From Magallana gigas (taxonomy: Eukaryota): DNA of 64,000 nucleotides. Below, one piece after another: positions 1-11,275 of the stretch. Both the position numbers and the translations under genes were made by a program. A model generated the notes under the pieces. That model saw nothing but the letters and a program-made list of their open reading frames with translations. It did no database searches and was not told the DNA's origin. Positions within the stretch are counted from its first letter, which is position 1. Each line of letters opens with the position of its first letter. The stretch spans positions 75,702,001-75,766,000 of the forward strand of contig NC_088853.1 of assembly GCF_963853765.1 (NCBI RefSeq). The letters run 5' to 3'.

Positions 1-439
1 CCATGGTGACCGATTTTCTCGGCCGCGGGCGAGGGAGAGTTTCGTTCACTTGGCCAAATTGCCGCGAGTACTGGTCAACACGTATTACTTTTTACCCTCA
101 TATTATGCAATACCCGAACACAAAAACAGTTTCATGACATCAATAAAGTCACAAACAACATTTTTTGCAGCGACGCCCATATCGAAAAATTTACCGTTTT
201 AGAGTTATGAGGCAAAGACTTTTAAGGGATCTAGACCCCTCATTTAAGAAGCTAGTACCTTTTTTATGGTATCAAATGAAAGCTCGTATTATTCTGCACA
301 ACTTTTGTTCAATATGTGACTAGAAAAAAATTACTACTAAAACGTTATTGAGCAAAGATATAAGCAAAATTTAACATTTTTTGAAACATAAATTTCGATG
401 TAATTTTTTAAGAAGAAAACGTGGGTAAATCAAACATGT

Positions 440-752
440 AAAACTAGGAGGACAACGTTCAAGATGTCTACATTAAAGATTTGTAAATTAAAACTACTTG
501 CTACGGATCAACTCGGAGCCTTTGCAGGTACACGAGACCCCCTAAAAAAAGATTCAAAGGGGAATAACTCAAAACCGGAAGTAGCGATTTCACAATATTT
601 TGTGCTATAGTAAGCTATTGTCATTTCCAATAAACCCTGAAAATTTGAATAAAATCTAATGACAAACAAGCGAGATATTACAGTTTAAAGAAACGTCTAG
701 AAGAAAAAGAAGAAGAAAAATAATAATGAAGAATTTCCAACAGAATCAGTAC

Positions 753-783
<31 letters not shown>
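440..783 (-). mobile_element. HINE-like non-autonomous Helentron derivative (fragment)
   Basis: Perfect 11-bp stem AAGGTCTTCCG/CGGAAGACCTT at 753-781 with a 7-nt loop followed by TAAT, like the 5' hairpins of other HINEs in this window; left boundary approximate. Confidence 0.4.
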
Positions 784-786
<3 letters not shown>

Positions 787-1435
787 CATCTATATCCATA
801 TTACAACTGAATGCGCCACATATATATTAAAAACGTTATTATAAAAAATCACGTTTTTCAACACGTTATCACAAGTGCGCTGTGGGGAAAAGGATAACGT
901 CATACAACAGCGCTTGGCGTAAAGCTGCTATAACGTCACAAACGGCGTAAGGGCAAAGAGTTAATTATCTCAGATTGTATTTCCTTTTTAACAAGATTTT
1001 AACACCAGAATTATTTCCCTTTGAAGATTGAAATATGGGGTCAGTAGGGTCGTATTTATACTCACAGAATGCTTGTTTCTTTTGTAACTTCTCTAAACTT
1101 CCAGCATTTTTTAACAGTTTATAATTAACATGTCCTGTTTGCCTATCATTTTAGATGCTTTTGTCCAGCGTATGTCCCTGTTGTGTTAACAAGAGTCTCA
1201 AGGATTAAAAGATGGAACGTTTTATCTTGCAATTTAATTGTTTCTTGCATGCACAACAACCATTTGTTTACAATATGAAATCGTGCAATCTCAAAGAAAA
1301 TAACATGCATTTTATATTTAACAAGCATTCTGAGAGTATTGCATAAGCAATACACGTCCCCTACCGGTTTGTGGAAATTGTTAAAACAATACACTGTTTT
1401 GCAGAACATCGAACCCGAACATTAAAAATTGGAAT

Positions 1436-1980
1436 ACAGTTAAATATCGATATCTCGAAGTTCGGGGGACCACGGAAAAACTTCGAGATATCCGGGTGTT
1501 CGAGATATCCGAAGTCGAAATTATTCGACTCCATTAGCGTTTTTGTTTTAGTCCTGACATGTTAACACAGGAAGTCCTTATATGCACTATAATTTGAGAA
1601 CCGGTATGAACGGAAAAAAAAGACGGAATATTGAAACGATGTTTTATTTTTAAACATTTATAGACACTGCACATATACACTTAAATAAGAATTTATATGA
1701 AACGCGAAGGTGCTCTGCTCATATGCTTCTTTGATCTTTTGGGCATTCTTTATCCACGTTGACAGGGTGTTGGGGGGGGGGGGGTCTCGTATTTCTTGGC
1801 GATGACCGCTTTACTTTCTATACCTCTTTCGACATCGGCAATAGCTTGAAACTTTGTTTCAATGGTGTGGGTCTTTAGCTTACGCTTCAGCCCGGGAGTG
1901 GGGAGCTTGTCTTTGCTGTGTTGAGACATGTTGTTGAATGATGTACAGAATTCTGTACCATCTTTTATAGCCAAAGACAA
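1436..1980 (-). mobile_element. Tigger/pogo (Tc1-mariner) transposon remnant: one TIR-like end plus frameshifted CENP-B-type N-terminal HTH
   Basis: TA|CAGT...CGATATCTCGAAG end at 1436 with repeated TTCGAGATATC motifs. The minus-strand ORF reads KRKLKTHTIETKFQAIADVERGIESKAVIAKKYE and, after a shift in the G run at ~1772-1784, continues NTLSTWIKNAQKIKEAYE, a CENP-B N-terminal HTH pattern. No second TIR or DDE domain seen. Confidence 0.7.
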
Positions 1981-2329
1981 ATGTGTTAATTGTTTGATTT
2001 TTGGTAATTTATCATGATTTAGTGCGTGTTATTAAATATATTTTTGGTATATTATTCATTAAGTAGAAGTTCACTTTGATCATGCATCGATATCGATTAT
2101 ACGATAATTTACGCTGCGCTATTTGGTAATTGAGTGACCGTGAACTTGTTTGCTTTATAAGTAGCGTGCATCATTATTCATATTATCGGTAATGTTAGGG
2201 GTGCTTACTTTTGGGAGCTGTGAACTTGTTTGTTTTATCAATCACCGGAGTATATACCCACATTGTATAAAAAAATCTGCGATGAAAAGTTGCTTAAAAA
2301 TCTTGGACGAAAATGTGTTTGAGAATTAA

Positions 2330-3000
2330 GACTAAAAAATGCAATGTCGTCAAATGACAGGAAGTTGACTTTCGATTGGTTACAAAATAGATCACAACAT
2401 ATGGTATGCTTCAGCGAATAGTGTGTTAAAAATTTCGGGCACATGCACTTGCTGGAAAGTCTCTGATGCACTTACAAATTAACTTCAAAGAAATATAGTC
2501 ATTTAAAAAGAAGTTGACGTCAGATTGGCTCAAAAATAGATTTAAACACACGGCATGCCTTAACGAAGACAATGTTAAAAAAAAAGTCCTGGGACAAAAA
2601 GTTGAGGTCCGATTAGCTTAAAAATATATCCCAACATAAGGCATGCCACAACATATAAAATGTTATTCTTTGATGATCACTTGCAGAGAATTTGTTCACG
2701 AAAATTAGTTAGAAAATTTAGACTTTAAAAGCAAAGTCGCCATTTGACAGGAAGTTGTCGTCTGCTTGGTACAAAAACAAATCCCAACATACGGCATGCC
2801 TTAACAACGAATGTGTTAAAATTCTAGCATTTTCGATGAAGAAATGCAGATCTTGGTCGAAAAGTGTTCTAACATTTAGACTAAAAAATGCAATGTCGTT
2901 ATATGACAGGAAGTTGATTAGTAAGAAAAAATATATCACAACATATGGTTTGCCCCAACAAAGAGTGTGTTAAAATTTCAAGCATCTGCACTTGCTGAAA
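2330..3000. repeat. Degenerate tandem repeat (core GACAGGAAGTTG...CAACATA(T/C)GGCATGC)
   Basis: The core recurs at ~2356, ~2746 and ~2906 with a weaker copy at ~2510; the short ORFs here are repeat by-products. Confidence 0.5.
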
Positions 3001-3002
3001 AG

Positions 3003-3128
3003 TCGAATGAAAACAGAGAGCAGAATGCAGGCGATGTAGATGGTGCAGCTGTACCAATTGAGGTTGAGCCGCCAGTTACAACCAGAACTGGACGTATCGT
3101 GAAACCACGAGACATTTTAGATTTGTAA
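3003..3128 (+). pseudogene. C-terminal tail of a Ty3/Gypsy pol (5'-truncated)
   Basis: Frame 3006-3128 reads ...EPPVTTRTGRIVKPRDILDL*, resembling the common Gypsy integrase tail (TRSGRxVKxPxRLxL); it lies upstream of a PPT and an LTR. Confidence 0.55.
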
Positions 3129-3397
3129 TAAAACATAATTAACCAGTGTTCTTCTGTTTATACTTATATATGCAATGCATGCACTCATGCACTCTAGATA
3201 TGTATATGTTGTAAATAAAGAGATTTTATCAATATTAAAAATAAGAATCAAATATAATATAAATTGGATTGTTCTAAAACATCGATATTTGATTATATAT
3301 TATTTTTAGCCATGGAGTTTGAATTTGATTTGAGTGAATTCGAAAGTGAATTGAAGACTTTTGATAGGAGCAACGCCCATTATTCCCTCCCCTTGGG

Positions 3398-3865
3398 ATG
3401 ACGTGTCCAGTGGATGAGTGCCCAAACCATACCGACTTCAGGAGACATGGTCAAATTCTTGACCACTTGGTAGATATCCACAAGGAGAAGAGAAAGCTAG
3501 CCAAATGTAAATCATGCAAGAAATCTTTTAGAACAAAAGCATCAGCCAGAAAACATGTAAGCGCCAGTCATCGAGAGAATAATGTGGACGGATTATTGGT
3601 AGACATAATGGTACATAACCGATCATATATTTCACCTGGGAACACACCCATTCCGAGGAAAATGACACAGACAGAGGAAAGGTCAAGAAAGAGAGAAGAG
3701 GAAAAAGAAAAGAGGAAACGATTGCTAGAAGAGTGTGAAAGAAATCCCCTTTTTGATGAAGAAAGAGTTACTAGAACCAATGCAACTGTGAATCGTGATA
3801 AAGTGATGGTGTTCGATGAAAATGGCAATGCACAACGTTTGAGGGTGTCCTTGAAAAAGAAATAA
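3398..3865 (+). CDS. Two-C2H2 zinc-finger protein (155 aa) between the pol tail and the 3' LTR
   Basis: Open ORF with CPVDEC...HLVDIH and CKSCKKSFRTKASARKHVSASH fingers and a basic/acidic C-terminal region. Confidence 0.75.
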   Translation: MTCPVDECPNHTDFRRHGQILDHLVDIHKEKRKLAKCKSCKKSFRTKASARKHVSASHRENNVDGLLVDIMVHNRSYISPGNTPIPRKMTQTEERSRKREEEKEKRKRLLEECERNPLFDEERVTRTNATVNRDKVMVFDENGNAQRLRVSLKKK

Positions 3866-3969
3866 GAACATTTAGTGTCATTTCGATGAATCGCTCATTG
3901 ATTGACTTTTTATTATGACTGAGTTTTACATTATGTTTTGTTTTGACAACATAAATATATTTTTATCTT

Positions 3970-3982
3970 AAGGGGGGAGGAA
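3970..3982 (+). promoter_or_regulatory. Polypurine tract (PPT)
   Basis: AAGGGGGGAGGAA immediately precedes TGTGATA at 3983. Confidence 0.7.
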
Positions 3983-4649
3983 TGTGATAAAACTCAGCCT
4001 ATACCATATGGTCTTTTAATAAAAATCATAAATTGCGTAAACAATTAACTAAGCTAGGGATAATTCAATATAAAATACTTAAATAGTAACTTCAATTCTT
4101 GTGATAAGCTATTTCACACCTACATTACGGTTAAAGTGCTATTTTGTTTATACAGGTCAGCCATATTGGTCTTTATTTCAAAACGTATTTCATTAGGGTT
4201 TACCTGATAGGTTTATCACCTGTAATTTTATCCAATAAGGTGTATGGTAACATTTCATGGTTGGCTGGTCGTTTCTTTTGTGTACTCACACTATATAAAG
4301 GCGTGTTCCGAGTAGTTCGGCGGACTGCTCCCTTGTGTCCACTGCTTATAGCAGCCTAATTCTTGGGTAAGCTCATCTTCCCGTTCGAGGCACTTTGTAC
4401 CGACTTCGGTATAAATTTTCAGAAGGCACTGTTCAATAAAAACTAATTCTTTTCTCTCAGAAGTTTATCTTCTTCAGACTAGGCGCTATAGTTTATTTAA
4501 TATTTTGAATGTCGAGCCCGATATAAATTATACTAAAAACGTGTAGGAACTGTGCTAATCAGCAAAAAGGGATAAGTAGTAGTCATCCCCGTACCCGACT
4601 GTCCCAGGAGCAGAATTTATCCCCCTCTTGGGGTAGCAGTCCTATTACA
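3983..4649 (+). mobile_element. 3' LTR of a Gypsy-like retrotransposon (667 bp)
   Basis: Begins TGTGATA right after the PPT and ends TATTACA (TG...CA, 6/7 inverted match). The 5' LTR is not in view, so the TSD cannot be tested. Confidence 0.65.
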
Positions 4650-4875
4650 CATATATATCTTAATCAGGTATGTATATCTACGTTATGCATGGTTTTTCTT
4701 ATAAGTGTTTTGGAAGGACTAGAGAATAGTTACTGCTATTTTTTTGATGTTTACTTTTTAAGAGTAAAAACTAAAAAAAAGATGTTTCCTCCATTATTCA
4801 TAATACATATAGAACGATAAAATTATTGAAGGGTATTAGAATACATGTCTCATATTTGTATTATTTGTTCAACAG

Positions 4876-5062
4876 AGCAATGAAGTTCCAAATAGTTCAT
4901 GGTGTGCGCATGAAGGGTTAAAAAGAAGTGTTAGATTTCTGAAGGATGAAGGGTTGCAGTTAGACACCCTTATTACAAACAGACACAGACAGAATAACAA
5001 GTGGGTAAAGGAAAACATTGATGGAACAAACCACTTCTATGACATCTGGCATGTTGCCAAGG
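4876..5062 (+). pseudogene. Exon of a Kolobok/Mutator-like DDE transposase
   Basis: AG/GT-flanked exon reading SNEVPNSSWCAHEGLKRSVRFLKDEGLQLDTLITNRHRQNNKWVKENIDGTNHFYDIWHVAK, matching from memory the SNEV...EGL.R...TDRH...YDxWHVAK pattern of this transposase family. Confidence 0.6.
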
Positions 5063-5715
5063 GTAAGTACATGTACGAGTACTTATAAATGAAGAGAATT
5101 AAAGCCATCAGTATGGATATATTTATCTATTTAACATTCAAGTGGTATGAAATATTTACATTCATGTATATACAGTATTAAAATTATATCCTGCGAGTTC
5201 AACGCACGTGTAGAGTGGTTGAAAATATAAACATTGGGTTGCTAAATAAAATCATAGCCATGTTTGATGCTTGTGGTGTGCTATAATATGTTTTTAAAAA
5301 AATAATGAGTGAATGTTTTGCATAAACATTTAGTACATCGAGCCATTTTCAAGGAATATTCTGCATAAAATAGTGTAGTCTCTTTCACTTTTGATGTTAT
5401 TACTAGGTCAGGCCCGGATCGAAAATTAATTCCTAGGGGGGATCTCTACTACGCATGTTAATTGTTGCAACAGCAGAAAAAACGTATTTTTTGTTTTGTC
5501 ACATCTATTTCTAGAACACATTTTATCCACCAATTAATGAAAATAAAGTTTAAAATCAATATACGTCTAGAATTCATATTTGACATCAAGTACCTAGATT
5601 CTATAAAATAGACTATAAACACGAGGCAGGATTTTTACTGCGAAACTGAAAGGGTCAAATAAAACCACGTGGTCGAAAATTTAAATGACAGTAACATTCG
5701 CAGGGGTGAGCAGGT

Positions 5716-5869
5716 TCTACACCAGATACCAATGGAGATATGATTGTTGCCAAGTGGGAGTCGGTTATCCAGCACATCCACACCAACCACCCAAATGCTC
5801 TTTCCCAAAGTTGTCTTCATGATCCCCTGGAAGAAGATGATGAGCAGGATATTGACTGGCTTAATCCAA
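5716..5869 (+). pseudogene. Downstream exon fragment of the same Kolobok-like transposase
   Basis: Reads STPDTNGDMIVAKWESVIQHIH...CLHDPLEEDDEQDIDWLNP, the expected next block (GD.IVAKW...H...C.H..L.....WL.P). Confidence 0.55.
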
Positions 5870-6360
5870 GTATTATTTATTATGCCTATTCAAATTAAAC
5901 ATCTTTTTAACGTATTTTAGTCATTCTGTAGAAATATGAGTCAGTCATCCAAAATAAATCGCAAATGTGAAACGTAAGATATACATGTGTTTATATATAT
6001 AAAGATATAGATATATATTATATATGAATTGTAATGTCTTGTGTATATCTTATTTTGATATTTCGTACGTGTATTTTGTACGAAAGATTTTACGTACGAC
6101 TTGTCTGTTTATCGTTGAGAACTGCGCCATTTTTGCTACGGCTAGATTGTAAACGTTTTTGTAAGCCTTGGATTCCACAGTGTAAGTGTTTTGACTTTTA
6201 TAATGGTAAGAGTATGAAAATTGTTGTAACTAATACATCAAAACAATGCACATGTAAAAAAGTTAGATCCACCCTTTCTTTTAATTTATACACCTGTACA
6301 TATACCCTTTGGGCAGTGCTTGATCATGAGCTTGCTTCACCATCAGATACCCGAAAGGAC

Positions 6361-6978
6361 TTGTCTGGTACCCGCCCCCGCCACTGCGTTTTCACTTCGT
6401 TTTGGGGCCAGGTAAAGGCCGACGCCATTTTCAAAATGGCGACCTCCAGGTCTGGAAAGAGGTAGGAATTTACCACCGAAGAAAAAATCGGGAATATCTT
6501 CTAATGACTATGAAAATAATTCAACCAACCATTACCGAGTGTAAACGAGAATCAGTTGTATCGAAACATGTAGTTTTTTTAATATGTCAGAGCCCTTTTA
6601 TTTATTTATCCCAGTTTTTTTGCAATGTTTACATACCCCCCGAATTAAATATCGATCTATAATTATTTAACCAAGGATGGCTTAACTTTCTAAATCAGTT
6701 GACAAGCCTACCTAAAACTAATACAGAGGAAATTCGAGTTATAGTACCTGCCGATTTTGCAGTGATTTCTTTTAGTGTATAGCTTAAGTAAACTTGTAAA
6801 ACAACGAATTAAATTGAATTAATTTTCATAGTCATAAGAAGATATTCCCGATTTTTTCTTCGGTGGTAAATTCCTACCTCTTTCCAGACCTGGAGGTCGC
6901 CATTTTAAAAATGGCGTCGGCCTTTACCTGACCCCAAAACGAAGTGAAAACGCAGTGGCGGGGGCGGGTACCAGACTA
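6361..6978. mobile_element. Mutator-like MITE (618 bp) with ~160-bp TIRs and 9-bp TSD
   Basis: Long inverted repeats ~6361-6523 and ~6813-6978; direct repeat CGAAAGGAC at 6352-6360 and 6979-6987. Confidence 0.85.
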
Positions 6979-7364
6979 CGAAAGGACAAGCTGTTGTACG
7001 TCCTGACAAAACTAAGCCCACTTATGGTATGGGATCATATTGATATTAATATAACTTTCAGTTGATTTTCAAATGTTTTTCCTATAATAATAATAGAGTC
7101 CTCGTTATTGTGTTCAGCTTCTAGATCACCTGATATTTTCAAAAGAAATAGTAAAGCTGAAAAACTCTGTATTTCCGATTATGCCATGCATCTCCAACAA
7201 GTATGCACAAGGGCCAAGCCAACTTCGAGATTGCATCAATAATCTACGTGCTAGGGCACCCAACTGTTTTTCTACAAATGCAGATCAACCGGACAAGACA
7301 GAAGCAGTGATGTTTGTTTCCAGATATAACAGATGACACTTGAACTATTTTTTGTGTCTTTTAA

Positions 7365-8000
7365 TTGGCCTTAACGGTCACCTGAGTAGCATATAACCCA
7401 TACACAAACTTGTCGAGGAGTCTCGTACATAGATTTAATAAGATTTCATTCTAGAATAAAAAAAATTGTAATGACGACAACCTCCTTGCCTAAAATCTTT
7501 CAAAAAAGAACTATAAAACCTATAATTTTGGTGAAAAACTTTAAGATCTGGTCTACCAAATCATGAACTCAGTTTTCCTTTCATGTGTGTGGGAGTAAAG
7601 AAGATAAGTTATAAAACTTATATGCATTAACACCTATACATCCATTTTGGCCCTGCCCTAGAGTCAACATTTTGGCCCTGTCCTAGAGTCAAAACCCATA
7701 TTCCAGGGGACATGAAATAAAGAATTTAAGTAGAGGATTTTCTGGTAAATATAATTATAAAATCAGTTTTTCATACAGATGAGTGAGATTAGAGAAGATT
7801 TTAAACATATGCATTAACACTATATTGCCCCCCTCACCATGTCCTTAGCCAGGGGACATTTATTTTAAAATTTTGGTAGAGGAGATAGTGGACATCATAA
7901 CCATGTTTTTTTCAGATTTTATTTAGCTCACATGTGTGGAAGAAAACAAGATTTTTGAAGATTTAAGATATTTTTACTATATTGCCATATATCCACCAGT
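7365..8000 (-). mobile_element. HINE-family fragment (3' portion), inverted relative to the copy at 9958-11275
   Basis: GGCCTTAACGGTCACCTGAGT end; ~7630-7715 is the reverse complement of ~11218-11276 (GCCCTGCCCTAGAGTCAAAACCC...CCAGGGGACATGA). Confidence 0.5.
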
Positions 8001-9957
8001 AATTGTTTTCACTACATAGCACTATTGAGGGGAAACAATTCTTAAAAATCAGTTTGTATTCTTCATGACAAAATATTTGGAGGAAATGTTATTTGTTACC
8101 TATTTCATCAGCGAAAACCATAAAAAGGGCAAGCAATACGGCATTTTCTCAAAATATCTTGCTCCAAACAAGTCTACTCTCAAAACCACGTGTTTTCCAT
8201 TTGTATGTTAACAGACTGCACACTCCCAAGGAAGCTGCAACATGTGCCCTGAAAGAAGTAGTCCCTGTGAAAAAAAAAAACATCACCTAATAATATACAT
8301 GAAATATCCTACTCAGTGGTACAACAATTTATAAAACGGAGTAAAGGAAAATGTAAAAATGGAGTCAAGGAAGAAAATAATTCTGAAGTATATATGGAAC
8401 TACAATTGACTGATTGGCCCATTACCGGTGATACCTTTATGCCCTGGAGATGTGCTAGCGTTATGTAGTGGCTGCTTCGCCTCCACCGATTTAAGCTTGT
8501 TTACTTGAAATACCAATTTTCTTATGTTAGGATTTGGTTGGTTGACAAATAAGACATTGTATATTTCAACCGTGTTATCTTTTAGTCAAAGATTTTGCAA
8601 TTTTTAGAAAAATCTTGGCTAATATGTTCAATTGTGTTCCTTGATCCGTGACAGTTTTACCCGAATTTTTATTTGTACGAATTGATATTCATCGCTCTTA
8701 ACGTTCATTGAGTAGTTGTTCCAAGAATCCTTCGTAAGAACGGTTTATAACGGACTTTTATTGTACAAACTAATTATCGTCTGTCTTACTTGTTATTGTT
8801 AAATCGTCCCAAGAATGTGTCGTTCATAAGGCACATTGAACCCTTGCAATGCATCGTATCGTCTCAAGCGCGGGATCAGGGCTGGTCGACATGTTAACAA
8901 AACCCCAGTGTTTTGACAGGGGTTATAGATATCTTCTACACCTGTAGACAGAAATGTATACAATCTCTTATGTCTAAATTTTGGCAATAATGGTATTGCA
9001 CACTCGGATATATTATATTTTTATATACAGACACGTGTACATCCACGACTTCCCGTGTCAGGGACACGTCCCGAGAGGCGGACAGCAAACAAATCAAACC
9101 TTCGTCCTATTCCCAAAGACCAATAGGCTGCGAGTGCTAAAAGCATCTCATTTTACACGTTGCACTGTAGATCTATTAAAAACAAAACAACATCGATTAC
9201 ATGTAATAGCGTTGACTTAATCTGTCTAACAGAAACATGGCTCAGGCCAGACAACAGATTAATAATCGGTAAATACTAGTAACGGTTGCAAGTTTCTATC
9301 CTGATATATTCCTTGGGTTTCCATGGTAATTAGCGATTAAAAAAACAAAATTTTTTATGATTTATCAAATATGATGGGCTACCTAATGATGTTAAAATTT
9401 CACAATTAAGAATTTATCATTTTATTAATGCTGATTATTTCTTTGTATACATATATTGGATGATAGATTAAAGTGTGAGGAAACATTTAAAACGAGTTTG
9501 AAGATTTCCTCAGTGATTAACTATACTGATAATCCAACAACAAAAACAGAATAATGGGTTCCCTCATGGGGTGTAATTCTATAAGGGAAGGATTTTCTCA
9601 CTTAACTCAATCTGTTGGTGTCATTGTATCAATATACTAAAAGATAAATTAAGGTGTAAGGATGAATTAAACAAGATTTAGAAGGTTTCCTGGGTAATAA
9701 TCTATACTGATAAACAGACATTTCTATTAAGGGATGTAATTTCACTATCAAGGATTTTTCTTGGGACTAATGCTGGTTAATTCTTTAATGTAATGAAAGA
9801 AACATTAGGTAGTAAAAATGAATTCGAAAAAGATTACGCGTTTCTTTGGTTATTAACAATAATGAGGTTTTTTTTCGAGAAATAAAAAGGAATGGGTTCA
9901 TTCATGGGGGTGTAAGTTTACAATTGGAGGTGTTTCCTTGAACCTTTTGCTGCTGTA

Positions 9958-11275
9958 TTTTTGTAAGGTCACCGGTCTTCGTCCGTTGTCGTGCGCTAAC
10001 AATTTTACATTTTTAACTTCTTCTTGAAAACTACCAGGCCAATCATTACCATTTTTTTGGTGTGAAGCATCTCTATGGTAAGAAGAATCTAAATTGTGAA
10101 ATTTAAGGCTCCTCCACCCCTGGGGTGCCACGGGCGGGGCCAAATGTGCCCAATTTTCTTCTTCTCTACTCCCACGCATGTGAGGAAAATACTGGTTGCA
10201 TGGTTATGATGTCCATGAGGCCCTCTACCAAAATTGTGAAATTTATGGCCCCTGAGTCAGGGGTTCTGGCTCTAGTGTGGGGCCAATATGGCCATACAGT
10301 AAAAATGTATTAAATCTTAGAAAATCTTCTTCTCTACTACTATATATATATTTTAAAAACTAAATACATGATAATGATGTCCATGAAGCCCTCTACCTAA
10401 ATTGTGAAATCCATGACCCTTGGGTCAGGCTCTAGGGTGGGGCCAACATGGCCATATAGTAAAAAATGTATTAAATCTTAAAAAATCTTCTTCTCTACTA
10501 TCATATATATTTGGTAAAAACTAAATACATGATAATGATGTCCATGAAGCCCTCTACCAAAATTGTGAAATTCATGACCCCTGAGTCAGGCTCTAAGGTA
10601 GGGCCAATATGGCCAAATAGTAAAAATGTATTAAATCTTCTTCTCTACTCCCATATATGTTGGTTAAAAACTAAATGCATGGTTATGATGTCCATGAAGC
10701 CCTCTACCTTAATTGTGAAATCCATGACCCCTCGGTCAGGGGTTCAGGCTCCAGGGTGGGACCAATATGGCCAAATAGTAAAAATGTATTAAATCTTAGA
10801 GAATCTTCTTCTCTACTCCGATATATAGTTGTTAAAAACTAAATGCATGGTTATGATGTCCATTAGGCCCTCTACCAAAACTGTTAAATTCATTACCCCT
10901 TTGTCAGGTGTTTAGGCTCTGAGGTGGAGCCAATATGGCAATATAGTAAAAATGCTTTAAATCTTGAAAAATCTTCTTCTCTACTCCCATACATATGGGC
11001 AAAAAACTGAATACATGGTTATGATATCCACAATCTCCTTTACCTTAATTGTGAAATTCATGGCCCCTGGGTCAGGGGTTTAGGACATGGGGGGATATGG
11101 CAATATAGTGTTAAGGCATATACTTTTTAAAAATCTTCTCTATTCTCACACATCTGTATAAAAAAAACTGACTAAGAATAATGTTTACCTGGAAGACGTC
11201 TATTGAAATTTTAATAATCATGTCCCCTGGGGTATGGGTTTTGACTCTAGGGCAGGGCCAAAATGGATGTATAGA
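9958..11275 (+). mobile_element. HINE (non-autonomous Helentron) with a central array of ~6-7 Cg170-like ~160-170-bp satellite monomers
   Basis: Head GGTCACC...GGTCTTCGTCCGTTGTCGTGCG. The monomer anchor TCTTCTTCTCTACT recurs at ~10155, 10325, 10485, 10635, 10805, 10972 and degenerately at ~11135. The unit resembles the oyster Cg170/HindIII satellite, known to sit inside Helentron-type elements. Confidence 0.8.

Noticed and set aside
1-964. Possible TTAA-targeting DNA transposon ending ...GGGCAAAGAG|TTAA
   Set aside because: Only one candidate end is visible and the other would lie outside the window; cannot be supported.
6034-6662. Two + strand ORFs of 143 and 86 aa
   Set aside because: They run through intron-like sequence into the MITE TIR; no domain recognised.
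10125-10792. Short ORFs with repeated MVMMSMKPST motifs
   Set aside because: Translations of the Cg170-like satellite monomer.
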